The notes beneath the pieces are model-generated. The model worked only from the letters and a program-made list of their open reading frames with translations, was not told the origin of the DNA and ran no database searches. A DNA stretch of 63,991 nt, filler included, from Sphacelaria rigidula (lineage: Eukaryota), in NCBI GenBank assembly GCA_964200075.2. It is 7 parts of 7 records of this genome, joined end to end, with 100 filler letters (N's around TTAATTAATTAA, not from the genome) between each part and the next. Parts side by side here need not be neighbours in the genome. Positions count along the whole stretch, not along the records: positions 1 to 9,057 come from CAXNAA020009413.1; positions 9,158 to 18,213 come from CAXNAA020009414.1; 5 more parts are not named here. One strand, written 5' to 3'. Every line of letters starts with the position of its first letter. Positions within the stretch are counted from its first letter, which is position 1. Below, one piece after another: positions 1 to 13,000 of this stretch. The position numbers and the translations under genes are program-made.

Positions 1-1420
1 AGGGGCACATGCAAAGGTTTACCACACAACCTAACACAATCAGAGCTGAACGTCAGGAACTTGGTGGACCCGCAACCCAAAAGCACACAGCTCGAGCCAA
101 TGGTGCTCATCAGCTGTGCACGTTGTGCGTGACCTTGCTCAAATCCGTCCAGAATTCATCGAGGAATGATGATTTGTGTGAGACGCGCGTGCAGCATACG
201 CTTACAAAACGGTCAGCAACGACACGTTTTCGGTTGTTCTTGACACGCATGCGGCCACCATTCGTCCAATACAGAACGGGTTTCTGTCAAACAAAGACTG
301 CCGTGTGTAGATTAGCATGGCCGAGCAGTGAAACTAGTGCGCGTGAGTGGTGGGTGTCTGTGCGTCTTTTCCCGGAGCTGGGTATGTAGGTGTTGTGTTG
401 CCTTGTTGTGCATTATATGCAGCATTACACAGACCTTGGGCCTACTTGAACTAATGACCACTTCCAGACCCGCCGCATTCCTCAACGTGCGTGCAGACCT
501 GGGTTCCAATTTGTACAAAACTGCTTGTCGATAGGACTCGGGACTGGTCGTTCTGGGGTCAATCCCTCGTCGAAAGGGGGTGGTGAAAAACGGGATAATC
601 CCCTTCGTTAAAAAGGGCTCTTACTACGGGATCGAATACCCAAATCCGTAAAATCTCTGTGATGTGTGGAAATAGCGTCGTCGGATTTCTACTCATAAAA
701 AGCCTCTGGATGCTTTCGCTTGCATATGTCGCAACAATGCTCTGATCACCCTCGAACTTGGCAATTGGTTGGGTATTGATGCTCCAGAAGGAAACGAAAT
801 AGATTGCCGACAAACTTTCGAAGTTGATCCGCTCTCACCGACTTTCGTGGGTTCAGGCGTTGAGACACCCGGAAGCCGGCAAGGAATGCTTCTGAGCAAG
901 AAAAATATATGTGCTTGTGTGGGGCTAGTCAAATGACTTCTGGCACATGTTCGTTTCGAAACTCGATGAACTGATGAAAATCGCTCATTTTCAAGTCGAA
1001 ACAGGCAATCTATGCTCAACTACGTCAAGCCAGGACGTTGTACCGGGCGCGGGACACTTCAGCGAACATATCTGCAAAATTTCACACAGATTTTTGAGCT
1101 TGGACTCTGAACATCGCACAAATATACTGCACGTCATTACGACTTTCTCACGACCAGGTTCTCCGATTCTTGTATTTGCCTGTAATCGGGGGTCCCAGAA
1201 CGTCACGCAATCGTCCACATCACCCAGAACGCTAAGACCCTCGGAAACCGGCGAAATGAACGAAATCGAAACACCCCATCGACGGAAAGTTACGTGGTAA
1301 CTCAACGTACATGTGTAGGAATCTCAGAATCCAACTCTAGACCCTGCGGGGAGGTTCTTAACGTCGTACGAGTCATAACTTGTCGAAACGATGAACCCAC
1401 CCATTGATGTTTTCGAAAAC

Positions 1421-1655
1421 ACAACGAGCAATGACTCGAGTGCTCCCCCTGTTATTTTCCCCACAACGAGTACGACTCGGATACTCGCCCTATTGATTTT
1501 TCTAACCACGAGTACGACTCGGATGCTCGCCCTATTGATTTTCCCACAACGAGCAATGACTCGAGTGGTCGCCCTATCATTTTCCCACAACGAACAATGA
1601 CTCGAGTGGTCGCCCTCTTGACTTTTCCCCAACGAGCAATGACTCGAGTGCTCGA
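1421..1655. repeat. Minisatellite, ~6 copies of a 41-42 bp unit (ACAACGAGCAATGACTCGAGTGGTCGCCCTATTGATTTTCCC-like)
   Basis: Tandem units are directly visible. They explain the repetitive ORF translations here. Confidence 0.9.
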
Positions 1656-4600
1656 GGGCCTCCACAAACGGTCAACGGGCCCAACGAATGCGAGTACCAC
1701 GAGTCATACTCGTGCTCGTCCGACGTGTGGAAGGTTTGCGGATGAGTGCAATCGGGGTGATCCCTATGAATCACATTGTATCTAGAAATGGTTTGTTTGG
1801 CCGAAACGGGTGAACGTCAAGGACTGTACAATTGTGTGGTCTTGTGGCCTATACCCTGGAGAGCGAGACTACGGAGCGTATTTGTTTTTAGGCCGACATG
1901 ATTCATGGCACCAATCGGTACTTTTCTATTCTAAAACATTCCGGCTTGAGGATACTGATCCGAAACAAGGATGGTCGTTGTGACATGTGGGGCAGTGTTC
2001 CGAGCCCATGAGATCTATACAAGGTTGAACGCTTTCGGCCGCACATTATGACATCCCTTCTTTATAAACAAGAAGGCGAAAATCAATTCACTTGTGAGAC
2101 AGTCTATCGTTGTTCATCCATGTAGAGTGGCGAGCCACCATACATAAGCCATATGAAATGGATGCTTTCCTCAACGGCTTTCCAACGCAGGCGTGACCAC
2201 CTGTGGATTCTCCTATTAACGCTTTCAGGACCGGGCCTCCAGAACGACCAATGAGACTGGTTAGGAATGACGTGTCTGGCGTCTGCACGGAACAGGGCCT
2301 CAATGTTGCTGAAAGTCCACTCATGTAACCGCAGGGTTATGACGGAGACCCGGAGTTTCATCAAATCTATTTTCAGGTGCAAATATAAACTGTAGCTTCG
2401 ATGGGGTGCGCATTAGGAAATGTACATGTGATGAATAAGCAATATGGGTCGCCGTAGAGAGTTTTCAACAGGATGCGGCGACCGGCGGGCCGCCCGCCAC
2501 TTGTGGCTTTAGATGATATTTTGGTCCCCATCACCTTGCTACACAGCCCTTTGCAGTCGCGGTAGACCGCGATTCCCCTCTTGGTTGCAAGCGGCAAATG
2601 CTCGTCGAAGGGTGTGGGCGTTGCGGCGCACATACACGCAGTACAGTTCTCGCACAGTATAGTACGCCCCTCCGACTGCAGCAGCTGCCGCCGCTGCATA
2701 CTCTCTTGCACGCTCTGCGTAGTTTTCAGCTACCGAAATCAGCCGCCTATATACCGCTTCTTCGTCCTCGCCCATTGCATACATCTTTACTGTGTTCTGC
2801 GAGGCATCGGTAGAGGGGTAGGCGAAACTCATGACTATAGCTCCTCCTCTCCTTCCACGGCCTAGCTGGGCTTACTGCCTCGTGAAAATGACCACATTGT
2901 AGCATGTACTCTTCCCCCCCCCCTAATCATGTGCAAGTGTAACGACTACGTTTTAATACAGGCTGGAGACCCAAGAAAATGTGAGAAATCACGGGTGCGC
3001 TGTACTGAATGCAAGTAAAACGAGAAATCGTTTCCCGAGGATGCAGGCTTTGCATACCTGCGAATGCGTTTTATCTGAGTCAGGGACAGGGCCCCCACAC
3101 GATCTTGGCAGTGACATCGAACTCGGTAACAATCCCGGCGCTGGCCATCCGATAAATTTCGCCTCGTGGTGATCGGGCAGGTCGCTCCCTGACTTATCGT
3201 TTACTATTTTACTGAAACATGATCAACCCCGTGTAAGTGGGGGGTCGGTACCAAAACGGTTGCGAGCTGCAAAACACCTGATAACTTACCTCGTAGCAGA
3301 AAGGGCTGCAACAACACACTCAATGCCTCATCTCGTAACAATAGAAATGAGGTTGTGGCTCTCTTCTCGACTCGTGCTACGAATGCACACGTGGCACCAA
3401 TGTTAGCGCAATGCCTGAGTAGAGCTTCATACCTGTCACGTGCTCCAACTCGTCATCCCACACGGCCTACAAAACTATAGAGCATTGCATGTCGGCTGTG
3501 CGTGGTCATCACCCATTGAGCCATTTTTTCCTACACGAAGTGATATCCTGCTGTAGAGACGGCACAACGCCCCTAGCACGTATGCCGGGCGATGAAATCG
3601 TGGGCTGACGCACGTGGGGAGCGTGTGCTAGGATGTACAAACGAATTACGGAACCCTTTCCTCGCTCACGTCTCTACACCGCTGCAGGGCACGCGATATA
3701 TGGAGCTCGAAAACCGCATGGGACTTCTCTGACCCACAACAAGCCTGAACGGGAAATGTTCCGAATTTCGCAACAAAGTTTCGATGCAGACCGAGTTCGG
3801 GGCGAGGGTTACTGGTACGTAACGTCCTCTTGTTCACTCTTCTATGACGAAAGCTCATGCACGAAAGAAATCATCCTCCGGCAAAGTGCTTTCTCCCCCC
3901 GTATCTCTCACTCGATACATCCACATTTTTCGTTCTTAAAAAACTTAGGACAGCGAGTTCGAGAAATTGCGAAGTATCAAATACCTGTACTAAGATTAGT
4001 AGAACAAAACATAATACTGCTGTGGTGCTTTCGTATCTCTCTCGTGCTGTGCACTTCCAACTACCTTGTCCTACGTCGGTTTTCGCCCTTCTTCTCGAAG
4101 GGGTGGGTGCCGTCGTCGGTGTGATTACTTCCGCTATTTCTTGTCCACCGATTGGTGTGACGAAAATGTTGTGATTGTGAATCGAACTCGTGCGTGCGGT
4201 GAGCCGTGTAGTTTGATCATGGGTAGGGTTGTCTTGTCATTCCTTATTTCAAGTTCACCTCGAGTGCTCGCACGGTGCCTGGTGGAAAAGAGGTACCACA
4301 ATACAGCCGTCAGTCGCACCATTCTTGCTTCGCGGAGGGCGTCAATTTCTGAGTCCCTTCCTGTACCTCCGCGATGACTACCGAAGTGTGGGTTGCTCAA
4401 CCAATCGTTTGGCCTACAAGGTGTACATGAATGCATGCAGTACCCTTGCAAGTACGGTTTGCTGAGGACTGCATTTGTCGCTGCAGGTGCATTCATCGTT
4501 TTGGCCCCGTAAGATAAGACACTGCAGTTCTGAAGGATCACATGCTGTGCTCCGAGCTGAAGCAAGTGATTACGACACCACCCCGTGCCGTACTGCATAC

Positions 4601-4799
4601 TCTGTGCCGCAGTCATACCGCCAAGATCAAGTATTGTACTGTACCGTACAGTCCTTCTCCAAACACCGTACTCGAGGACAACCCTGCGACACTCTGCAAA
4701 TCCAATCAGTATTTTCGAGTCCTAGGTTTTGAAAGTGTCTGTTTGAGCCGTGAGAAGTATCGACTTGGGAACCTATTAAATATTCATAAATATGACATG

Positions 4800-6900
4800 G
4801 TTACCATTCTCAGGTTACGTGGGTTCATGTTTTTTCATTCGGGTTTGCAACGCTGCCCCGTTCTCATGGTGCGAGCGCACCGCAAACCACGCTGCTTGTC
4901 CTTCTTTGCAAACAGCCGTTATCGGAGAGACAAAAGTACAAACCGCACCTTCAGTGTTCGATTGATCCAAGACCGTGCTCACCCAGCGGCGCTGCTCTCC
5001 CACCCCAAACAAGACAGCAACACCCCATAGATAACTCAAATATGTCTGACGCAAAATGATCACGCGAAACAACTTAGCCAGTTCGGTTGGCGTGGCCATT
5101 CATGTAGACCTCCAAGTAATGGTTTTGCTTGAACATCCGACCCCAATATTCGAGCCTGCTGATGATCGGAAGGCAAGAACTTCACTATATAGCTCTTCGT
5201 GAAGTAGGAAGAACTCGATGTGACCCTTCACTAGTTTCAGAGCATACACCGCTGGGGAAGCACACCAGGCATGTGCACGACAATCACAATTCCACTCGTG
5301 CATAAGCTTTCCCCTCGTGACTAGCACATTTCACCTGTGCTGTACTCCACATCCAAACGAAAGGTAAGGCTAGAAGACATTCCTAGAAGTCCAGCCAATC
5401 GAGCAACGTCATCATCGTTCTCCCCGCTAGAAATGAACTACTTCGCTCCTGCCGAAGGCCTGCAATAATCATAGCTTCTGCACGGGATGAGCGTGTTGTA
5501 TACACGCCACAGCCCGATCCTGTAAAATATGACAGCGATTGGGTGCCGGCAATGCCATCTCGCACGCCTGCAAGGTTTGCCAATAGCCATGGAAGCAGAA
5601 CACCTGAGCTGTAGGCAATAAAACATACCTCGAGCGGAGGGTTTCTCAGGACAAAAGATCTCTTGTCACCACAGAAATTACACATGCATCACATGCAGGA
5701 GAGGCGAGGTCAACTTTACAGTTCATGCATGTTCTAAACGTGCTGGTGTGGCTTGTGTTGAATCATCGAGCAACCACTCATCACCCTACAGTGCAGTATC
5801 CCCCGCAGCAAGTCGTCATCACATGATAATGATACGCCTCCAGCGGCGTGTCTGTTGCCAAGTCAGCGATGCAAGGAGAAATAAACGGCGACCGACAGGC
5901 AAGCGAAGCTACTCTTGCAAGTCGTTGATGGGGCGTCAGGAGCTCGTCAATGCCTTCATCTCCGTCAGCCGCCCGTCATCTACATTCTTCCATAGTGACT
6001 GTTGGAGCTGTTTTGGTGAGTATGAGTAGGCTAGCTATTAGCATGAGCAGCAGTGTGCGTGGCGGAATGATGGGGGTAAAGTGGGTCCCCTGAACATGCA
6101 GACAGTAAGGATAATGGGTACAGACGTGCATACATGTAGTACTATAGCGACAGTGCAGTGCTCTGATCGTTGGAAATATCGATAGAACCGTTGCTCTACG
6201 CACCAAACTTTTGTGGAAGCTAAAAGTTGGTTCGTGGACATGTGAGCGATCATCTTCATTCACGTGAGGCGAAATCAGCTTCGGACAGTCGTTGAGACGG
6301 CAGCGATTTGGTACCATACCATCACACACATTCTATGATAAGGCAGCCAGGTAGATCTACGGTCTAAGCTATCGCGGATGTTGCTGTTGGTCATCAGATG
6401 TTGCTTTGAAGCTATTGTTCGATCGACCCTGCACCGTGTCCGGAACACGAGCCAGAAGAAACACGAGCCCTATAGAGAGGAATAATAACACCCCCGGGGC
6501 ATCTGGTATAGATGCCTCACATATAGCTTGAGCTCTCCCACAGCAGAAAGAGAGACGATCATGACTCGGCCCGGGGGCGCTAAGGTGTCTACAAGATTTC
6601 GAGCAAACGTGACTGCTCGAGAGGTCGTGACAGGAACCTTCTCTCAATGGAAACAGACGTGAAGGTCACCCAACAATGGCACGCGACGGCTTCAATTATC
6701 CGGCCCAAAAATAGGTTGTCGGTCTGACGGTTACCGTAAAATCTTCTGCCCATCGACAGGCTACGAGCGTCGCTGCTCGTAGACTCCGTGAATGGCTGCC
6801 CATCATTATGCTTGTACTGCTACGATTATCGCTACAACAATACACATCGTCAAAGGTGTACATGCGTGTCTTACTCTGGAATCGAAGCCTGTCCATTTAC
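4800..6900 (-). pseudogene. Possible heavily decayed MULE/SWIM-type transposase remnant
   Basis: Minus-strand fragments in plausible order: 'SIFPTIRALHC' (MULE FP..C-x2-H-like), 'ATDTPLEAYH' (TNNxxE-like) and 'NCDCRAHAWC' (SWIM-like). Many stops and frameshifts; motif resemblance only. Confidence 0.3.
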
Positions 6901-7540
6901 GTGCCAACTTTCGTCGACTGGGACCAGTTTTATGCTGGTCATATGATATATTCACTAGAGCCGTCTAGTTCAAAGACGGCCGAGTGAAATTTGAGACCGG
7001 TCAGGAGATGGTCACCGGTCACCAGTTTTACGCAGGGCGTCATTTTTGTTCTTCGAAACACTTTGGAGTTTCCGCACGATCGTAGATCATGACAAATATC
7101 GCCAGTTTTCGGAGCGTACGCTACACACTTTTCACCCCATTCTCCAGCACAAACTACACCCCGCTGCAACGATCACCAACTGCGCAGTGTTGTGCCAGCT
7201 TGTACACGCAAAGGAGGCTGGAAGGCATGAAGTCTCAACAAGTGCACGAATGACGTGATACTGGATCTGCCTAAATGCAACATACACGTGGAAATGTACA
7301 CCTCAACGAGAGCGTGAGGCTCAGCGGGCTTGTAGTCGTCGGCATGAGCAACATAAAACGAATCCGCTGTTGCTGGTACTTCGAAGTATCATATTGCCGT
7401 CAGCGATCGGTTCAGTCATATCTTACATGAACAAACATCGGGTACAGAATTGATATCCCCTCTCAAAGAGCACCTGACAAAACAACTCTACTCGTCATGT
7501 ATAAACAAGACACCTATTCATCACTGCACCAAGAGCATAG

Positions 7541-7718
7541 CCGGCCGCCCCGGTGGCTCAGTTGGTGACCACAAACCCTTCCGGCATTTGGAACGTTGGG
7601 TTCGAATCTCGGCAAAGTCAAACGATCTGGGATTCTCTCTCACACCATGCCCAACAGCGGAGAGCGATTACGTGGTGGATACACAAGTTCGACCCGGCGG
7701 TCGACGAGGGAACGCGAC
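7541..7718 (+). mobile_element. tRNA-derived SINE, 5' part
   Basis: Pol III box A TGGCTCAGTTGG (7554) and box B GGTTCGAATCT (7599). The body (ATGCCCAACAG.GGAGAGCGA...GACGAGGGAA) is shared with the copy at 33665-34054. Confidence 0.8.
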
Positions 7719-9057
7719 CACACACTGAACAGTAGACAAGTAGACGCTGCAATGGCACTAGGGTCTGCTGTAATAGACGCTGATATTGTCGACAGTAATG
7801 GAAATCGACCGACGGGTTTCTCTGTCCGTTGTCATCGGTGATGAATTTCGATTGACTCCTTTCCCACCTTATCGCCCGGACTGTAGTCTCTTGTGACCCT
7901 ACAGCGAAAGATACCGAAGCCGATCAAATATATCGATGGATAGCTTCACAGATCTATTCATGACGGCAATGACTATCGATAGATTATGTATGAGGTCCAT
8001 TGACTACGACAAGGGTTTTCGATTGATTGTGTACCAAACCTGTTGATGGCGGCAATGGATATTGATAGATTGTCCATAGAGCCTGTCGATGGCGGCAATG
8101 CTAATCAGTTGATGCATACCAGAATCTACCGTGATACACACTGCCTATCGGTAGATATCCTCTGTCATGTACTGCCACACCAGAAATGCAATATACTGTG
8201 AATAGAGCATATACTCAATAAAAGTACGCTACAGAGTCCGCGGTTGACGATACGGTGGAAATATGGTGGTACTATGGACACTTGTACAATAGTGTCATCA
8301 CAATTCGACACAAGCGGAACGGATGTATGTTGTAGGAGTCCGCAACATGTGTGGACGGATGTTTATGGGTTTTCTTATTGATGTGGTGTTGGTACTCATG
8401 GTTCTGCCCATGAAGCACAAGACCGCTTAGAGGACCTACGTGCGTGGGTGAGATGTGCTCATTCCCTGAACAACACACTTTGAGCCTATTGATGTTCGTT
8501 GTCAGCCACAGTCGACTGACATCACTGTCTATCGATGGAACTCGGTAACAACATACTCGGAACAAGGGGCAGAATCCATCACTGCCGCGACAATTGGCTG
8601 GCCAAGTCGTTTATCGATGTCAGCAAATCAGTCGCGATAGGTTCTGAATTGCGTCGAAGCATTCACAGTTTGCGGTGCATGGACCCAACTTCCACACAAG
8701 CTATTGCCCGCTATGGCCTCGGGTAGTTATGTGGGTACAGTTTGTGTTTGGTGTACAGGTGGCGACAGCACTGAAGAATCAGCCAGTTGAAAATCGAGGC
8801 TCAAATGTTTCAAGAAATTGATGCTATCAAATTTTGCTCAGATCGGAGCGGAAGTAAGGACAGAGTAAATGAAAGATGGAAGAGGCTCGACGGAGAAGAA
8901 ATCTGTCATCGACACTGCAGCCTTGAGAAATAAGAAACTGGTCCCAGACCTATCAGGCCCTCGACGCGAGGATGCCCCCCCCCCCCCCCCCCCCCACCAC
9001 CCAGAAAAAAAACAAGTCAGTTTGTTTTGTTTAGAAAAGACGATGGGGGGGGGAAAG

Positions 9058-9157
9058 NNNNNNNNNNNNNNNNNNNNNNNNNNNNNNNNNNNNNNNNNNN
9101 NTTAATTAATTAANNNNNNNNNNNNNNNNNNNNNNNNNNNNNNNNNNNNNNNNNNNN
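9058..9157. other. Artificial contig linker (44N-TTAATTAATTAA-44N)
   Basis: Fixed 100-bp spacer with a six-frame stop core. The same spacer occurs at 18214-18313, 27370-27469, 36526-36625, 45682-45781 and 54837-54936. Confidence 0.98.
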
Positions 9158-10049
9158 TGAGGTGGTACTACGAGGTAGGACAACAGTGAGGACGCGGGGT
9201 GAAACGAAGTACGTTTGGGGGGGGGGGGCAAACGTTTGTGGTTCCCACTTTCCTGGGACGTGCGGAAGCGGTGTATTTACCTGGGAAATCCTTCTCTCCT
9301 GTGCGTGGAAGGACTCAGTAATTGAGCCTATCCCATCGCTTGCCTTCATCGTTTTCCGCTCGGAGAGTGCCATCGTCCGGGAGTGCCCAACATATGACAT
9401 GAGAGCTGGACGCCATGGGCGTGTCTCTGCCGCCGTAGATATCATATCCAGAGACTGAGTATCAGTGATACTGCTACGACCTTTTCCTCTCAATTATATC
9501 GCACGCACCAAACTCTGTCTTCTAGCGAGCAATAGCAAGCATAGCCTGCGGTATTTGGAAATGGGTAGGTTTCCTGGGACGGTGTTGATCTCCATGTGCC
9601 AGGTCCTGCCGACCTCTTCATTTCCCTCCAGATTTTACTGATCAACGCTGGCGGTGGGAAGAGTCTCGAGAGAGTACCGCCCAGGCTGGCGGCAATGTTG
9701 CGAGCATTAGTGGAAACCACAAGGTGAGCAGATGAATATCTCCCCTGACTGCACTTCAGGAGAATTCACTACGATGAAGGGGTGGCATCTGCTCTCTCGT
9801 CCAAAGGCACCTTTCGACAACTGAAAGGGTCATCGAGTGCAACATATTCAGGGCGTTTGACCGGCATGCATGTGTTATGTTGCTCATCCCCTTATGCGGG
9901 GTTCATTTACCGGGAGCGTTCATTGATTTAGGTACCAAAGGACAAATGGTACTGCGTGAAAGTGCGCTTGCTTTTCAAGCTACACCCGTGCTTGCATGCT
10001 CTTTAGTAGCCGCGCTTCAGAGACCTTGAACGACTCTGTAGGCGCCACT

Positions 10050-13000
10050 CGTTCACACAGAACATGGGCAAAGACCACTCGCGACTTCGAATAATTGTGA
10101 TAGAGCTCGGACATCCTTCAACATGGAGAGACTGGTGATGCAGAGCGTCAAATACGTCAAAAGCTGGGGTGATCCCAGCGCTCTTCTAGCCGCAACGTCT
10201 TCAGCAGCTTCGGGTGCCCCTGACAGCGATGTTTTCGGAGAGGAGAACAAAGGTGTCGTTGACAGGGTGGAAGTATCGAGGATGCGTGTAGGCGGAAGAC
10301 TATTTTCCGTCCACCCCCTTCATAGGAGTAGATCGGTGGTCAGACACTCGGTGACATTCAAGTGGCACGCGGGTTCGACAGTGTTTGGGGAAACACAGCC
10401 GTGGGCGCACAATGCACGAAGATATCCATGAAAATCATGAGGCCGTGACCATTTCACGTTTTCATTCGTTAGCTATTTGCTCTTGTGCGGCCGGATAAAA
10501 TATCCGGTACAAACCGCTGGAGGGAGAGTCGACATCGTGTACACTATTTTGACCCCCTCATATGTTTTAGCCAGCCTTTGTGCTCCACGGGAGCTGTACT
10601 GGAGCTGCAAACCCATGTAGTGTTGAACCGAGGCAGCATCATCCACACTCGCTTACATTGTTGGTGGCGCCTACCAATAACCTCGTGTCTTGAGCAGGAG
10701 CTCCACAGCCAAAGAAACCGCGAATTGTTGGTGTTGGTGCGAAGGAGAAGCGCTATCGCCGGGCGCTAGTGCTTGCGTGCCTTGAAATAATCGGTCCTTC
10801 GGCATCGTGCATGTCATTCATCAGGTGAGAGCCACCTGTCGATATGCGGCTTATTGAAGGTAATCTTCCGAAGTCCTGAGTTGGCTGATTCATCCAGAAG
10901 AACGCCGGTTCAATATACAAGTTGAATGTCATATTTTCGGCTTCTAATTTCCACATTCATGTAGGGGCTACTTCGCTAGCATTGTAAGGTGTTCCTGAGA
11001 GAGAAATGACAATATTTGTAACGCTTGCATAGGTTAACCTGATGGTAACCAGTTGTCTGTCACTTTACACTGGTTTCAGGTTATCGAGTTTTTCCTTCGA
11101 AATTGAAATGGGGGGTGCGGCGTCGCCGTGTGCAACGCAGGGTTCTCTGGGACGTCACGACAAATTGGGGCGAGCAGGGGTTTTACGTTTTTTTTCCTGT
11201 TGCTGCTCGAATTTAAACGTCGTTACAAAGTGTCCAGGGTGGCGTTAAATTTTTCCGGTTTGTGCTACACACTGAAGTCGAAAGATTGCAGAGCCATTGT
11301 CCACCTAGTCAACAAGTTGCTTATGATCGGCATCGTATGTAGCTACCTCAATGCGGCATGTTTTGTTACACAAGTGAAATGTCGACCCCACAAAAGGGGC
11401 GTCAGTGCTGTATTCCTAATACGACGGCATACCATTCTTTAGGTGTCACAGAGTAGTATCTTCCGGCATAGTCGAAATGTTGGCTGAAGTATGCTACGAT
11501 TGCAACATCGTCGCCCTGCTTTTGGGCTAAAAATGAGCCGGCAGCTTCCTCCGGAGGATCAACTCGCATCGTGAACGCTTTCGAATAATCTGGAAAGTGC
11601 AACACAGGAGAGTTCGTCAAAAACGGTTCACTTCTGCGGAGACCATGTCATATTCTGACTTCCAACCTCTCGCTACTTCCCCGACCGCCTCTTTCTTCGT
11701 AAGATATACCAAAGGCGCAGTTGCATCTGCTGAGTTTGGTATACACTGCTCACAGAGATGATGATACCGAGCACTGAACGTAGCTGTTTGATGTTGGTCG
11801 GTTTGAGGAGGTTCACAGTGGCTTTACTGCGGCATTTACGGCTTGCTGAAAACGTGTGGCCGAAGTGATTGACCCTTTTTAACCCAAACAGTACTTTCGA
11901 TGGTTTCAGAGTAGGACGTTCGGTTTTCAGCGCTTTGAGTATGTCTTGAAGTAGAGTCAGGTGGCTTTCGAATGTGGAAGAACAGGCGATTGAATTGTCC
12001 ATGTACACAAACAGAGCAGGCCACGTTTCGGACCAAAGTCTGGAAAGATGAGAACCATATTCGCCGAAAAATAAGTGGGGATGACGCGAAGCCAAATGGT
12101 AGGCGATTGAATACACATTTACCTGTGCTCGTGAAGAAGGCTGTTTCCTCTTTTTTCCTCCCGCTATAGAAATTGGATAGAACGCTGTCTCATCATGGAC
12201 AGAGATACGTTTTGCTTCCGCCACCGTATTTATCTGAGATACCATGCCTGGCAATTTGCCAAGAGTTTCGGACTAGACTTTGTGAAGCATCGACCGGTTT
12301 TGACACGAAATTAAGCGACGCCATCCGCTTTTGTTACAACGGTTACCGCTGAACCCCATAGATTGGTCTTCTCTCAAAGTCTCCATCTCTTTCAATTTCG
12401 TGCACGCATTTATCGATAACCTCTCGCATTCTCCAGTAAGCTCACTAAGGAGCTCGGTCTACGGGTTGCGTGCCTGGTTCAACTGAGGGTCTAGTTTCTT
12501 CTATTGTGCAAGGGCCTAGTTCTTGCCGTGATAGGGGAAAGGCTGTCCTATATTTCGTACTCAGGTCGAGAACTTTGCCTTGCTGTTTTTGTGAAAACGT
12601 TGAGCTTTGAAATGCATTTTGGAATGCCATTATCAACTCCTGTCGGATGTCAGTGTTACTTCGTTCTGTTCGACTTCTTAAGCAGCACGCAGTCCAGCCC
12701 TAGATCACATGGGACGAATGACTGGACAAATAGAGTCTTGTCCCCTGGCGCGAGGCAAAACCCAATGAATCCAACAATCTTGAACTATCCGCGCTTTTCT
12801 CTTCTTTGTTGTCTTTGTCTGTCCGACTTAGTTTTTTTTCCAGCCATCACTTGACCCTGTCGTTAGATAGTGCGTATACCCAGAACTGGATGCTATTTCC
12901 TGGATCAACCACGATCAGAACTTGTCCGTTGCCTGTCAATCATTCACTCTGCTAGTTGTTGACCCTGATCAGCCACGGTTTCTACGACCAGCAATGTAGG

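Noticed and set aside
1421-1655. CRISPR-like array
   Set aside because: The units are contiguous and the 'spacers' resemble each other. There are no cas genes and the context is eukaryotic. The same applies to 46680-47030.
7541-7615. Functional tRNA gene
   Set aside because: Box A/B are present, but there is no convincing acceptor or anticodon stem and the sequence runs into a SINE body shared with another contig.
9102-9113. TTAATTAATTAA recurring every ~9156 bp as a periodic biological signal
   Set aside because: It is always embedded in 44+44 Ns, so it is a synthetic six-frame-stop linker.
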